A DNA stretch of 32,000 bases from Kineococcus radiotolerans SRS30216 = ATCC BAA-149 (GCF_000017305.1 NC_009664.2:1-32000); one strand, 5' to 3'; counted from the stretch's first letter, positions 1 to 9,417 are shown. Notes: generated by a model not told the origin, from the letters alone. A program made the numbers and translations.

Positions 1-259
1 CGGCGGGTTCTGCCCGCTGGCGCGGTCGAAACCCGCCGCCGGCAGATACCGGGTTTGATGTTCAACTGAAGAACTGCCGTCGCGCTCCTTCGTTCCGAAG
101 GAAACTACTCCCCACCGGGGCCTGAGGGCCCCGACATGGGAAACTCCCACCGTTGCCAAGAACACCCGCAGCCTTTTGTGCGACTTTCGACGTGGGTATT
201 GACGCGGATAGCTAACATCACAGCTCCGTGCCGTAGAGGTTAGCCAACTGGAGGTCGAC

Positions 260-1120
260 ATGACCGGACACCCGACCCAGCACCTGCACCTCGACGAAGG
301 AACCCTCGCCTACGACCTCACCGGCGAAGGCCCCCTCGTCGTCCTCGCCCACGGCATGGGCGACAGCCGTCACTCCTACCGCCACCTCGCCCCCGCCCTG
401 ATCGCCGCCGGCTACCGTGTGGCCGACCTCGATTTGCGCGGCTGCGGGGAGTCCAGCCTCGGCTGGACGGGCTACAGCCGCACCGACATCGCCGGCGACC
501 TGATCGCCCTGGTCCGTCACCTCACCGGTACCAGCGGTGAGCGAGCGGTCCTGGTGGGTCACTCCATCAGCGGCGGCGCCGCCACCATCGCCGCCACCAC
601 CACACCGGAGCTGATCGCCGGCCTGGTCGAGCTGGCGCCCTTTACCCGCAAGCAGTCCACCGACGTCCGCGGCCTGCTGCACTCCCAGCGCTACCGCTCC
701 TCAGGCACCCTGCTGGGCAAGACCCTTCTGCTGGGCAGCCTGCCCGCCTGGATGAACTACCTGGAGCTGGCCTATCCCACCAAGCCCACCGACTGGGCGG
801 CCGAGCGGACCCGCATCGAGGCCACGATGAGTGAGCCCGGCCGGATGAAGGTTCTGCAGGCCATGGCCAAGTCCAGCGCCGCCGACGCCGGCGCCCACCT
901 GCCCAACGTGCGCTGCCCGGTCCTCATCGTCCAGGGCAGCCTGGACCCCGACTGGGCCGACCCCCGCGCCGAGGGCGAGCGCGTCCTCGCCGAACTGCCC
1001 GCCGGCCTCGGGCAGCTGGCGCTCATCGACGGCGGCGGGCACTACCTGCACGCCCAGGTGCCTGAGCAGCTGCTGCCCCTGATCCTGCCCTTCCTGGCCC
1101 GGACGCTGACCCGTGCCTAA
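260..1120 (+). CDS. alpha/beta-fold hydrolase
   Basis: 286-aa ORF. GGAGG lies 5 nt upstream of ATG 260. HGMGDS near the N-terminus and a GHSISGG nucleophile elbow (G-x-S-x-G). High third-position GC. Confidence 0.85.
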   Translation: MTGHPTQHLHLDEGTLAYDLTGEGPLVVLAHGMGDSRHSYRHLAPALIAAGYRVADLDLRGCGESSLGWTGYSRTDIAGDLIALVRHLTGTSGERAVLVGHSISGGAATIAATTTPELIAGLVELAPFTRKQSTDVRGLLHSQRYRSSGTLLGKTLLLGSLPAWMNYLELAYPTKPTDWAAERTRIEATMSEPGRMKVLQAMAKSSAADAGAHLPNVRCPVLIVQGSLDPDWADPRAEGERVLAELPAGLGQLALIDGGGHYLHAQVPEQLLPLILPFLARTLTRA

Positions 1121-1144
1121 AGCAGGCCTGGCCACCGTCACAGG

Positions 1145-1180
1145 GGCCGTGGCCGTGGCCGTGGCCGTGGCCGTGGCCGA
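1145..1180. repeat. hexamer tandem repeat (GGCCGT)x5 plus one degenerate copy
   Basis: Read directly from the sequence, 25 nt after the stop of the hydrolase gene. Confidence 0.9.
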
Positions 1181-1764
1181 CGAGCCGGGCAAGGTCGTCG
1201 GGAACACCGTCTAGGGCCGGACCGGTAGCGCCGCCCTGGCTGCGAGCGCCGCCGCGCTGCGCACCTACGTCAAGGAGCACTCCGGTCGCTACGCCGTGAT
1301 CAACAGCTCTCTCTGCTCCCGGCCGGACAACCCCTTCACCGTCGCCGCTGGCGTGCGCCGAGCCTTCTGGCCCTCGACGCGCGTATCCAGCTGCCGTGAA
1401 TGCACACGCTGTGCCACACATGGGTCACCACCCTGCGCTACGAAGAGCCCGCACCACCCTGGAGCGCCACCCCGACGACATCCTCACCGCCTACACAGCC
1501 TCCCGCGGCTGAACGGCCTCACTCACCTGCCGATGTCTGGATGCAGGCCGAGCACGACGATCATGTGCACGTCGTGCTGGGGCTCACGCCGAAAGGGCAG
1601 TCACATCGGTCTGAAGATCTGTCACATGGCGTGGTCATCATGGTGCTGAGCCTCGGTCGCTCGGGTCTGCTGCCCGGGGCACGGTGGGCGGCGACCCGGC
1701 GGCGGGTCGGCGGGTCGGCGGCGAGTAGGCGGGCCGCCGGTGCTGACCGCGACCGCGCTGGCCG

Positions 1765-2523
1765 CTAGGCAGGCCCGTGATCGACGAGCTTGCTGAGCCA
1801 CTCGCGCAGCAGGCCGGCCTCAGCGGGGCTGAACCGACCTGAGGTCAGCGGGTCGAGGCCGCCCTGGGGCGAGACGACGGCGAGCAGGGCAGCGGCGCGG
1901 GCGCAGGTGCTCGCCTCAAGGTCCGCGTCTGGGGTCGGGGCGGTGGTCAGCGCGTCGAGCACCATGTCGCGCAGCGGCCTGATCAGACCCGGGTCGCGCT
2001 GGGGTTCAGGCTGCGCGAGCAGCAGGAGGACCGCCCCCGTGGTGGAGGCCTCGATCGAGCGGGTCGCCGTCTCCACCGGCACCTTGAGTCGTCCTCGGCT
2101 GTTGGCGCGCTCGAGCATGTGTCGCAGGATGTCCTGGTTCTCCTGGGCCGCCGCCGGCCGGCGCCCTGGCCGCAGGTTGCCGTACATGAGCGTGTAGACC
2201 GCGGGGTTCGTCAGCCCGAACTCCACGTGGATGTCCCATCCCCGGCGGAGGTCCTCGACCGGGTCCTGGCTCGGTGCGAACGTCCGCTTCTCGGCCAGGT
2301 AGGTCTCGAACCCGTAGCTGGCGACGGCATCCAGCAGCTCGTCCTTGCCTCCGAAGAGGCGGTACAGCGTGGGGGTCTGCACCCCGGCGGCCGCCGCCAC
2401 GGCGCGCGTGGAGATGCCGGTGAGACCGGCCTCGGCCAGCAGCTTCGCGGCGGCGTCGAGGATGCGTTCGCGCTGGTGGTCTTGACCGCCGCCCGCAGCT
2501 GTTCGTTCGAAGTCGCTCGCCAT
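1765..2523 (-). CDS. TetR/AcrR family transcriptional regulator
   Basis: Track ORF 1765..2910 trimmed to the in-frame ATG at 2523 (MASDFERT...). The HTH RERILDAAAKLLAEAGLTGISTRAVAAAAGVQTPTLYRLFGGKDELL is a TetR signature. The upstream 129 codons show no family features. Confidence 0.85.
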   Translation of the reverse strand: MASDFERTAAGGGQDHQRERILDAAAKLLAEAGLTGISTRAVAAAAGVQTPTLYRLFGGKDELLDAVASYGFETYLAEKRTFAPSQDPVEDLRRGWDIHVEFGLTNPAVYTLMYGNLRPGRRPAAAQENQDILRHMLERANSRGRLKVPVETATRSIEASTTGAVLLLLAQPEPQRDPGLIRPLRDMVLDALTTAPTPDADLEASTCARAAALLAVVSPQGGLDPLTSGRFSPAEAGLLREWLSKLVDHGPA

Positions 2524-2600
2524 GTGCCGATGGTAACGCCAGCTCGTTGACATTGACATTGACGTCGTAACGTTCATAGTGTTGCCATCGTCAACGACAG
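2524..2600. promoter_or_regulatory. candidate promoter/operator region of the TetR gene
   Basis: Locally lower GC. Three contiguous TTGACA/TTGACA/TTGACG hexamers at 2547-2564, followed by the short palindromes GACGTC and AACGTT, and GTTG..CAAC at 2581-2595. Function is inferred only. Confidence 0.35.
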
Positions 2601-3152
2601 AGGTAAGGCCTGGCGGAAGAAGTGAGGGCATGGGCAACCAGGAGTGGCTCGAGCAGGTGCGTCCGGGCACCGGCGGTCTGGAGGTGACGCGCAGGGGCTG
2701 AGCTGCCCGGGTACGGGCAAACTCCCTGACGACACCGACGAGGTGTCCGCGGACGGCACCTTGGAGACAGTGCTGACTCAGGGCGGGACGCTCTTCAAGA
2801 CCGCGGACGCACGCGGGTCGAGAGCCACCCGCCTCGTCACCGACCTCTACAACCACGCCCCAGAACTCGACCCTGAAACCCTCACCGGGGCAGCCCTCAC
2901 CCTCGAACACCTCCCCGCCACTTCGACAGCCTCGACTGAACTCGCGTCAGCCCAACGCAGGCGTTCGGCTCTGGGGTGCCCGGCGGGCGGCTCGCTCGCC
3001 ATCGCCAACACGCCTGCGTACGAGGCGGCTTCGCGCGAGCTGTCGGCCTGACAGTCGCCCACCACGGCCGCCGCTTCGGACTCGATCAGATCGCGCTCCG
3101 CACGAGCGGGCAGGTCGACCCACCTGAGCGGTGAGCCAGACCAACACCCTCT

Positions 3153-3172
3153 CCGACGTCGCCCGACGTCGG
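3153..3172. repeat. tandem duplicated decamer CCGACGTCG(C/G)
   Basis: Two adjacent copies, each containing the palindrome CGACGTCG, about 40 nt upstream of ATG 3213. Possible operator. Confidence 0.6.
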
Positions 3173-3212
3173 CAGTCACCACACCCTCACCCCTTTTCAG
3201 GAGGACCCCTCG

Positions 3213-4088
3213 ATGTCCGTACTCCTCACCGGCGCCACCGGACACATCGGTTCAGCCGTGCTCCGATCCCTCATCGCACGCAGTCATGACGTCGTCGCGC
3301 TCGTGCGCAGCTCCGCCGGGGCAGAACTCGTTTCCGGGCAGGGCGCCAGAGCGGTGGTCGGCGACATCACCGACCAGGTTCTCCTGCGGGACCTGATGAG
3401 CCGTGTGGACGGCGTCGTGCACACCGCCTCACCCGGCGACGCCACGAGCGCGCAGGTCGACACCACCGTCGTCGACCTCGCGATCAGCACCCTGGGCGGC
3501 ACGAACATCCCCTACGTCCACACCGGCGGGGTGTGGATCTTCGGTTCCGGCAGCGACCTCGTCGAGACCGACGCACCCAACCCCTTGCCGATCACCGCCT
3601 GGCGTCTCAGCATCGAAGACCGGCTGCGCGCATCTGCGGTGCGCTCGACGATCATCGCTCCGACCGTCGTCTACGGATACGGCCGCGGGATCCCCAACGT
3701 CCTGGCCGGGAACGAGAACGGGGGCGCAGGCGGGGAGGTTCGGCTCGTCGGGGACGGCAGGCAGCACTGGGCGACCGTCCACGCCGACGACCTCGCCGAT
3801 CTGTACGTGCTGGCTCTGGAGAAGGCGGGCTCCGACGACTACTTCCTGGGGGCCTCGGGGGCCAACCCCACCGTGCGCGAACTCGGCGAAGCCGCGGCCC
3901 ACGGCCGCCCGGTCGTGGAGGAGTCCATCGACGCCACCCGCGAGCGCCTGGGGGCGATGTTCGCCGACGCCCTCCTGCTCGACCAGCAGGCCTTCGGGCG
4001 TCACGCGCGTGAGGACCTCGGCTGGACGCCCACGCACCCGACCCTCCTCGAGGAGCTCGCCTCGGGTGGCTACCAGCGCCTGTCTTAG
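3213..4088 (+). CDS. NAD(P)-binding epimerase/dehydratase-like (atypical SDR) protein
   Basis: AGGAGGA at 3199-3205, 7 nt before the ATG. N-terminal Rossmann motif LLTGATGHIGSAV. 291 aa with high GC3. Confidence 0.8.
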   Translation: MSVLLTGATGHIGSAVLRSLIARSHDVVALVRSSAGAELVSGQGARAVVGDITDQVLLRDLMSRVDGVVHTASPGDATSAQVDTTVVDLAISTLGGTNIPYVHTGGVWIFGSGSDLVETDAPNPLPITAWRLSIEDRLRASAVRSTIIAPTVVYGYGRGIPNVLAGNENGGAGGEVRLVGDGRQHWATVHADDLADLYVLALEKAGSDDYFLGASGANPTVRELGEAAAHGRPVVEESIDATRERLGAMFADALLLDQQAFGRHAREDLGWTPTHPTLLEELASGGYQRLS

Positions 4089-4543
4089 GAGAGCCCGGGT
4101 TCGCAGGTGTTCTTCCCGATCAACGGTTCGAGTGCGCTGAGCACAGCACGCAGATCCTCGACGGGCAGGTCCTCGACGGGCAGGGTGGTCAAGGGTGAGG
4201 CCGCCACCACGGCCGCGGTCATCGCGGCGTAAGCCTGCCGGCCGCGGTCGGTGAGCTGCAGCAGGCGCCGTCGCCGATCGTCCGGGTCCGTCACGCGCTG
4301 AGCCAGCTGCAGGCTCTCCAAGGAGGTGGCCAGCAGCGTCACGTTGGAGGGGTCGCACGCCAGGTGGTGCGCCACGGTACCCATCGGGACCGGGCCCTGC
4401 GTGCCCAGCAGCCAGATCAGGCCCGCCCCGCTCTCACTGACACTGAAGGCGGCCAACGCGGTGGCGGCCGCCCGGTGGTGCAGTTCGGCGAGGTGCTGCA
4501 CCACCTCGGCGACGCGCAGGACCTGCTTGGGGTTCATCCTCAT
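4085..4543 (-). CDS. MarR family transcriptional regulator
   Basis: The winged-helix segment GPVPMGTVAHHLACDPSNVTLLATSLESLQLAQRVTDPDDRRRRLLQLTDRGRQ is MarR-like. The track ORF starts at 4573, but its first 10 codons (VELEKIKDW) are AT-rich with low GC3, so I prefer ATG 4543 (or 4537). The stop overlaps the convergent stop of the 3213..4088 gene. Confidence 0.75.
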   Translation of the reverse strand: MRMNPKQVLRVAEVVQHLAELHHRAAATALAAFSVSESGAGLIWLLGTQGPVPMGTVAHHLACDPSNVTLLATSLESLQLAQRVTDPDDRRRRLLQLTDRGRQAYAAMTAAVVAASPLTTLPVEDLPVEDLRAVLSALEPLIGKNTCEPGLS

Positions 4544-4605
4544 CCAATCCTTGATTTTTTCAAGCTCTACCATATGCTTGATCCATTCAACGATAGGAAG
4601 TGTCC
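4544..4605. promoter_or_regulatory. AT-rich divergent MarR/oxidoreductase control region
   Basis: The lowest-GC stretch in the first 17 kb of the window. Small inverted repeats CTTGA-N6-TCAAG and CAAGC-N10-GCTTG. AGGAAG SD at 4595-4600. Confidence 0.4.
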
Positions 4606-5637
4606 GTGAGCTGGTCCAACGGCCGTGCCGTCATCGTCAGCCGTCGCGGTGGGCCCGAGCATCTGCGGGTGCTCGAGACACGGTTCCCCGACCCGGCACC
4701 CGGCTCGGTGCGCATGGCCGTGCAAGCCGCCGGCGTCGCCTACGGTGACGTCCTGCTGCGCGAAGGCCTGGTGCCGAAGACGTCCTACCCGGTCACCCCC
4801 GGCTACGACGCCGTCGGCGTGGTCGACGCCGTCGGCGAGGGCGTCACCAGCCCCGCGCTGGGGCAGCGGGTGCTGGCGCGCACCGAGGGCCGCGGCGGCT
4901 ACGCCACCCACGTCCAGGTGAGCGCCGACTTCACCGTTCCCGTCCCCGCGGACCTGGAGGCGGGCGCCCTGGTCGCGCTGCCGCTGAACTACCTCTCCGC
5001 CTGGCAGATGCTGACCCGCGTCGCCCTCACCCCCGCCGAGGGCACGGTGCTCGTGCACGGCGCCGCCGGCGGTGTCGGCAGCGCGCTGGTCGAGCTGGCC
5101 CGGCTGCGCGGTCTGCGCGTCATCGGCACCGCCTCCGCCGCACGCCTGCCCGCCCTGACCGAGCAAGGCGCCTCAGCGGTGGACCGCGGCGGCGACTGGG
5201 TGCGGGGGGTCCGGGCGCTGGCCCCGGGAGGTGTGGACACCGTCTTCGACGGAGTCGGCGGGTTCACCAGCCGGCGCTCCTTCGCCCTGCTGGCGCCCGG
5301 TGGCCACCTCGTGGTCTACGGCATCACCTCCGGCCTGGCGGGCGGGCGACGCAGCCCGGCCGCGCTCGCTCGCACCGCCGCCGGCACCCTGCGCCAGTCG
5401 GCGCTGGGCCTGTTCAGCAAGGGCCTGGGCATCGACGGGTACATGTCGGCGACCTACGTGCCCGCCCACCCCCGGCGCTTCCGCGAGGACCTCACCGAAC
5501 TCGTCGCCCTCCTGCAGCGTGGGGCCATCTCCCCGACAATCGCCGCGCGGCTGCCGCTGGAGCGGGCCCAGGAGGCCCACCGCCAGCTCGCGGGCGGAGT
5601 CAGCGGCAAGATCGTCCTGGAGGTGGCGCCAGCGTGA
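4606..5637 (+). CDS. MDR-superfamily quinone oxidoreductase / zinc-type alcohol dehydrogenase-like protein
   Basis: PGYDAVGVVDAVGEGV and the nucleotide-binding VHGAAGGVGSALV. GTG 4606 sits 5 nt after AGGAAG. The track start 4600 overlaps the SD. Confidence 0.85.
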   Translation: MSWSNGRAVIVSRRGGPEHLRVLETRFPDPAPGSVRMAVQAAGVAYGDVLLREGLVPKTSYPVTPGYDAVGVVDAVGEGVTSPALGQRVLARTEGRGGYATHVQVSADFTVPVPADLEAGALVALPLNYLSAWQMLTRVALTPAEGTVLVHGAAGGVGSALVELARLRGLRVIGTASAARLPALTEQGASAVDRGGDWVRGVRALAPGGVDTVFDGVGGFTSRRSFALLAPGGHLVVYGITSGLAGGRRSPAALARTAAGTLRQSALGLFSKGLGIDGYMSATYVPAHPRRFREDLTELVALLQRGAISPTIAARLPLERAQEAHRQLAGGVSGKIVLEVAPA

Positions 5638-5718
5638 TTCCACTCGCTGCTGAAAGCACCGACATGCTCACCTCCTGCGAGCACCCTTCGAGCATCGGAA
5701 GAGGCAGGCGATGACGCC

Positions 5719-6318
5719 CTACCGCCGCTCGCTCCCGTGCGGTGCTGCCGCCGGGATGCTGGTGGCGCGGCGGACCATCTCGGAGAGGAAGCGCTTGCGG
5801 TCGGCGTGAACGCGCGCGCTGTCAGCACTCGTGGTGGTGCGCACGACACTGATCGCCGACCAGGTCATGGCCATCGCCACGACCAGTGAGAGCACCTGCG
5901 AGGGGTCCAGTGCCGGGTCGATGCTGCCGTCCGCCTGCGCCTGCCGCAGGGCCTGCAGCTTCGCCTCGTGGCCCACCGCGTCGGGGATCAGGTCGCCCGT
6001 AGGGACACGCTCCAGGCGCGCCCATCCCGCCAGGCGCACGAACTCGGGGTGCTTGCGGTGCGCGTCGTACAACCGGGCCGCGTAGCCGGGCAGGTCCTGC
6101 GCCGTGAAAGGGACGGCGTCCATCACCGCGGCGGTGTGCTCAGCGAAGACGGCGTCGAACAGGCCGTCCTTGTTGCCGAAGTAGTCGTACATCTGCGCCT
6201 TGCTGGTCGCAGCAGCCGCCGCGATCCGGTCGACCCTGGCTCCCGCGATGCCGTGCTGGGCGAACTCGGCCGCCGCCGCTTGCAGTACTCGCCGCCTGGT
6301 CGCCTGTCCGTCTCGCAC
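5719..6318 (-). CDS. TetR/AcrR family transcriptional regulator
   Basis: N-terminal HTH RRRVLQAAAAEFAQHGIAGARVDRIAAAAATSKAQMYDYFGNKDGLFDAV. GTG start. Divergent from the SDR gene. Confidence 0.85.
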   Translation of the reverse strand: MRDGQATRRRVLQAAAAEFAQHGIAGARVDRIAAAAATSKAQMYDYFGNKDGLFDAVFAEHTAAVMDAVPFTAQDLPGYAARLYDAHRKHPEFVRLAGWARLERVPTGDLIPDAVGHEAKLQALRQAQADGSIDPALDPSQVLSLVVAMAMTWSAISVVRTTTSADSARVHADRKRFLSEMVRRATSIPAAAPHGSERR

Positions 6319-6405
6319 ACCCCATCCTACCGACCCGTTGGTTGACTCACGATCGACGAACTCGTACCGTTGAGCCTACCAACTAGTCAGTAGCAAGGAG
6401 ACCTC

Positions 6406-7188
6406 ATGAGCACCACCGTCCTGATCACCGGCGCCGGCAGCGGATTCGGCCGCGGCACGGCGCTGGCCCTGGCCCTGGCCCGACTGGGCCACCGCGTCAT
6501 CGCCGGCGTGCAGATCTGGCCCCAGGCGTGGGAGCTGCGCGCCGCGGCCGAACGCGCGGGCGTCGAGCTGGAAGTCATCAAGCTGGACCTGTACAGCGAG
6601 ATCGACCGAGCACACGCCCTCACCTACGACATCGACGTGCTCTTCAACAACGCCGGCATCGCCAACAGCGGGACCCTCACCGACATCCCGATGTCGCTGG
6701 TGCGCGAAAACTTCGAGACCAACGTGTTCGCTCCACTGGAGCTGACCAAGGGCTTCGTGCGCAAGATGATCGCGCGCGGCAGCGGGAAGATCGTCTTCAA
6801 CTCCTCCGACGCTGGCCTGCAGACGCCGCCCTTCGGTGGCGCGTACAGCGCCACCAAGTACGCGATCGAGGCCATCGCTGCCACGCTGCGTGAAGAGCTC
6901 AAGCCCCAGGGCATCACGGTGGCGACGGTGCAGCCCGGCTTCTACCTCACGGGATTCAACGACACCGCACTGGAGGCTTCGACCTACTGGTACGACCCGG
7001 CGACCGCACTACTGCCAGGTTGGAAGCCGCCCTACACCCTGCAGGGCCAGGAGGACCCCCAGCCGATGATCGACGTCATCGTCAAGGTCATCACCGGTGA
7101 GAACAAGCGCTACCGCAACGTCTTCCCGCCCTCCATGGAGCAGGAGACCCGCCAGGCCCAGGCCGCCGAGTGGGACCTGATGCTCTAA
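6406..7188 (+). CDS. short-chain dehydrogenase/reductase (SDR)
   Basis: AAGGAG lies 6 nt upstream of the ATG. TGAGSGFGRG (TGxxxGxG), NNAG, and the catalytic YSATK (YxxxK). Confidence 0.9.
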   Translation: MSTTVLITGAGSGFGRGTALALALARLGHRVIAGVQIWPQAWELRAAAERAGVELEVIKLDLYSEIDRAHALTYDIDVLFNNAGIANSGTLTDIPMSLVRENFETNVFAPLELTKGFVRKMIARGSGKIVFNSSDAGLQTPPFGGAYSATKYAIEAIAATLREELKPQGITVATVQPGFYLTGFNDTALEASTYWYDPATALLPGWKPPYTLQGQEDPQPMIDVIVKVITGENKRYRNVFPPSMEQETRQAQAAEWDLML

Positions 7189-7643
7189 TGACGGGCGATG
7201 CTTCGATGACCTGCCAGACTCACCGGCCCGCGATCGGTGACGACGTCCGCAGAGCGCTCGAGATCGACCGCTCGTCCTCCGCGTGGGAGCGCACGGTCGA
7301 CATCACCACGACCGGTCGACGCTCTGGACGCGCACGGCGCATCGAGACCTGGTTCTACCGGGCGGACGGCAGGTTGTACCTCAGCGGCCTCCCGGGACGC
7401 CGGGACTGGGCGGCCAACCTCCAGGCCCACCCCGCCTTCACTCTGCACGTGAAGCACGGGGCCCGGGCCGACCTCTGCGCGACGGCTCGTCCGGTGAGCG
7501 ACGCGCAGGAACGTCGGCGCATCCTCAGCGCGTTCGTCGAGGACATGAACCAGCCGCACAACCCCGCCAGGATCGCCCAACCGACGCGACTGGAGGACTG
7601 GATGGCCGACAGTCCGCTCTTCGAGGTGCTGCTGGACGACTAG
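7188..7643 (+). CDS. F420H2-dependent quinone reductase-like / deazaflavin-dependent nitroreductase family protein
   Basis: TTTGRRSGRARRIETWFY...DWAANLQAHPAF resembles the TTxGRKSG...NL.A.P pattern of the family. ATG 7188 overlaps the SDR stop (TAATG), implying co-translation. GTG 7170 and ATG 7206 are alternative starts. Confidence 0.65.
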   Translation: MTGDASMTCQTHRPAIGDDVRRALEIDRSSSAWERTVDITTTGRRSGRARRIETWFYRADGRLYLSGLPGRRDWAANLQAHPAFTLHVKHGARADLCATARPVSDAQERRRILSAFVEDMNQPHNPARIAQPTRLEDWMADSPLFEVLLDD

Positions 7644-7707
7644 CGCGGTCATGCGGGCGGGACGCACCGTCCGCGCTGAACCCCGCCACTTGCGCGTCGT
7701 CTGGCGA

Positions 7708-7740
7708 CGCCCACACCGCGATGAACGCTCGGTGTGGGCG
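7708..7740 (+). terminator. stem-loop, candidate intrinsic terminator
   Basis: CGCCCACACCG-N11-CGGTGTGGGCG, a perfect 11-bp stem 65 nt after stop 7643. No U-tract follows. Confidence 0.4.
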
Positions 7741-7915
7741 CCGTCGACTCAACGTCATGATCGGCCCGCTTCCTTCGGGTCTGGACTGCGGGCGGCACCC
7801 TCATGACCCTCCGCAGCTCGCCGGTAGACGTCCTCCTGTGAGCGGCCAGCACGATCACACGGGGCGTACGGATGCGGCCTTCAAGCTCACGACGACACGG
7901 GTGTCCATCCGCACA

Positions 7916-7987
7916 CCGACCAGGACCACCACCAGCCCTCCGACCAGGACCACCACAAGCCCTCCGACCACGCCGACGACCACGCTG
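7916..7987. repeat. 24-bp tandem repeat, 2 good copies plus 1 diverged
   Basis: CCGACCAGGACCACCACCAGCCCT, then CCGACCAGGACCACCACAAGCCCT, then a diverged third unit. Confidence 0.85.
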
Positions 7988-8182
7988 ACGGCAGCGGGCT
8001 CTCCTGGTCCCAGGCGGTGGGCCCGGCGTGCTCAGCGATGCAGCCGAGAGAGCGCGACTTCGAAGGTGGGCCGATCTGGCCCAGGCTGAGCGCGCCAGGA
8101 CCTGCGAGCTTTAGTGCGTCACCAAGACCGCGGACCGGATCCGCGGCGCTCTTCAACAACTCCCACGAAAGCAGGATCAGCG

Positions 8183-9115
8183 ATGAAGGCAGTGCGGTTC
8201 CACGAAGTCGGCGGCCCCGAAGTCCTCCAGCACGAAGACATCGACCTCCCCACCCCCGGACCCGGTCAGGTCCGGGTGCGGGTGGCCGCCTCAGCGTTCA
8301 ACGCCGCCGATAACGGCATGCGCGCCGGCTTCCTGCCCATCCCCGTCGTGCTGCCGCACATCCCCGGCTACGACGTCTCCGGCACCGTCGACGCCCTCGG
8401 CGACGACGTCGAAGACCTGACCGTCGGCGACGCCGTCATCGGCTTCCTGCCCATGGAACGCGACGGCGGCGCCGCCCAGTACGTGATCGCTCCAGCGCAG
8501 GCGCTGGTCACCGCCCCCACCACCATCCCCCTGCCCGACGCAGCAGCCCTGCCCTCGGTGGCCCTGACCGCCTGGCAAGCCCTCTTCGACGACGGCGAGC
8601 TCACCGCCGGGCAGCGGATCCTCATCAACGGCGCCGGGGGTGTGGTCGGCAAGTACGCCACCGCCCTGGCCAAGCGCGCCGGGATCCACGTGATCGCCAC
8701 CGCCAGTCCCCGCAGCGCCGACGCCGTCCGCGCCGCCGGCGCCGATGAGATCATCGACCACACCACCACCGACGTGCTGAGTGCTGTCGGGGAGCAGGTC
8801 GACGTCCTGCTGAACCTCGCCCCCATCGACCCCGAGCAGTTCAGCGCTCTGGTCGCAGCGGTCCGCGACGGCGGCAAGGTCGTCAGCACCACCGCCTTCA
8901 TGGCCACCCCCAGCGACGAGACCCGCGGCGTCACCGCCTCCACCGTGTTCGTCCTGCCGAACCGCGAGCGCCTGGCCGAACTGGTCTCCCTCGTCGACGA
9001 CGGCGCCTTGCACGTCGAGGTCACCCGCCGCATCCCGCTGGCCGACCTGCCCGCCCTGCACGCCGAAGCCGCCACCGGCCGCATCCCGGGCAAGGTCGTC
9101 ATCCTGCCCGAGTGA
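8183..9115 (+). CDS. MDR-superfamily NADPH:quinone oxidoreductase-like protein
   Basis: Track ORF trimmed to ATG 8183 (MKAVRFHEVGGPEVL...). PGYDVSGTVDALG and INGAGGVVGKYA. Paralog of 11962..12957. Confidence 0.85.
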   Translation: MKAVRFHEVGGPEVLQHEDIDLPTPGPGQVRVRVAASAFNAADNGMRAGFLPIPVVLPHIPGYDVSGTVDALGDDVEDLTVGDAVIGFLPMERDGGAAQYVIAPAQALVTAPTTIPLPDAAALPSVALTAWQALFDDGELTAGQRILINGAGGVVGKYATALAKRAGIHVIATASPRSADAVRAAGADEIIDHTTTDVLSAVGEQVDVLLNLAPIDPEQFSALVAAVRDGGKVVSTTAFMATPSDETRGVTASTVFVLPNRERLAELVSLVDDGALHVEVTRRIPLADLPALHAEAATGRIPGKVVILPE

Positions 9116-9205
9116 AGCCATCACGAGCCCGGCGTGGAACCCCACCAGAGACGCACCCACAGAACACTGGGCCCGAACAGCGACTCAGCATTGTCGGCGG
9201 GGTCA

Positions 9206-9242
9206 CAGGGACCCAGGGACCCAGGGACCCAGGGACCCAGGG
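9206..9242. repeat. octamer tandem repeat (CAGGGACC)x4.6
   Basis: Read directly from the sequence, 90 nt after stop 9115. Confidence 0.9.
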
Positions 9243-9417
9243 TTGACCTTGCCCGACGTCGTCGACTCCTTCGCGCAGCCGCAGCCGCGGCGCAGCGACG
9301 ACGAGGCGAGCCGCGCCCGTCGGAGAGTGCGGCAGCAGATGAACGTGGGTGAGTTCCGGTGGGGGGTTCGTCGCGGCCGTCCGCGACTGAGCCCGGCGCT
9401 CACCGCAACTGAACCGG

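Noticed and set aside
1-69. Possible 3' end of an upstream plus-strand gene (...RRVLPAGAVETRRRQIPGLMFN*).
   Set aside because: Only 22 codons are visible with no recognisable features, so it cannot be supported.
2524-2910. N-terminal 129-codon extension of the TetR ORF (track start 2910).
   Set aside because: TetR HTH domains sit at the extreme N-terminus. The extension has no coding features and covers the lower-GC promoter-like region.
7283-8089. 268-aa plus-strand ORF overlapping the F420-type gene and the following spacer.
   Set aside because: It is out of frame with the motif-bearing ORF, is Pro/Arg/Thr-rich, and runs through a tandem repeat.
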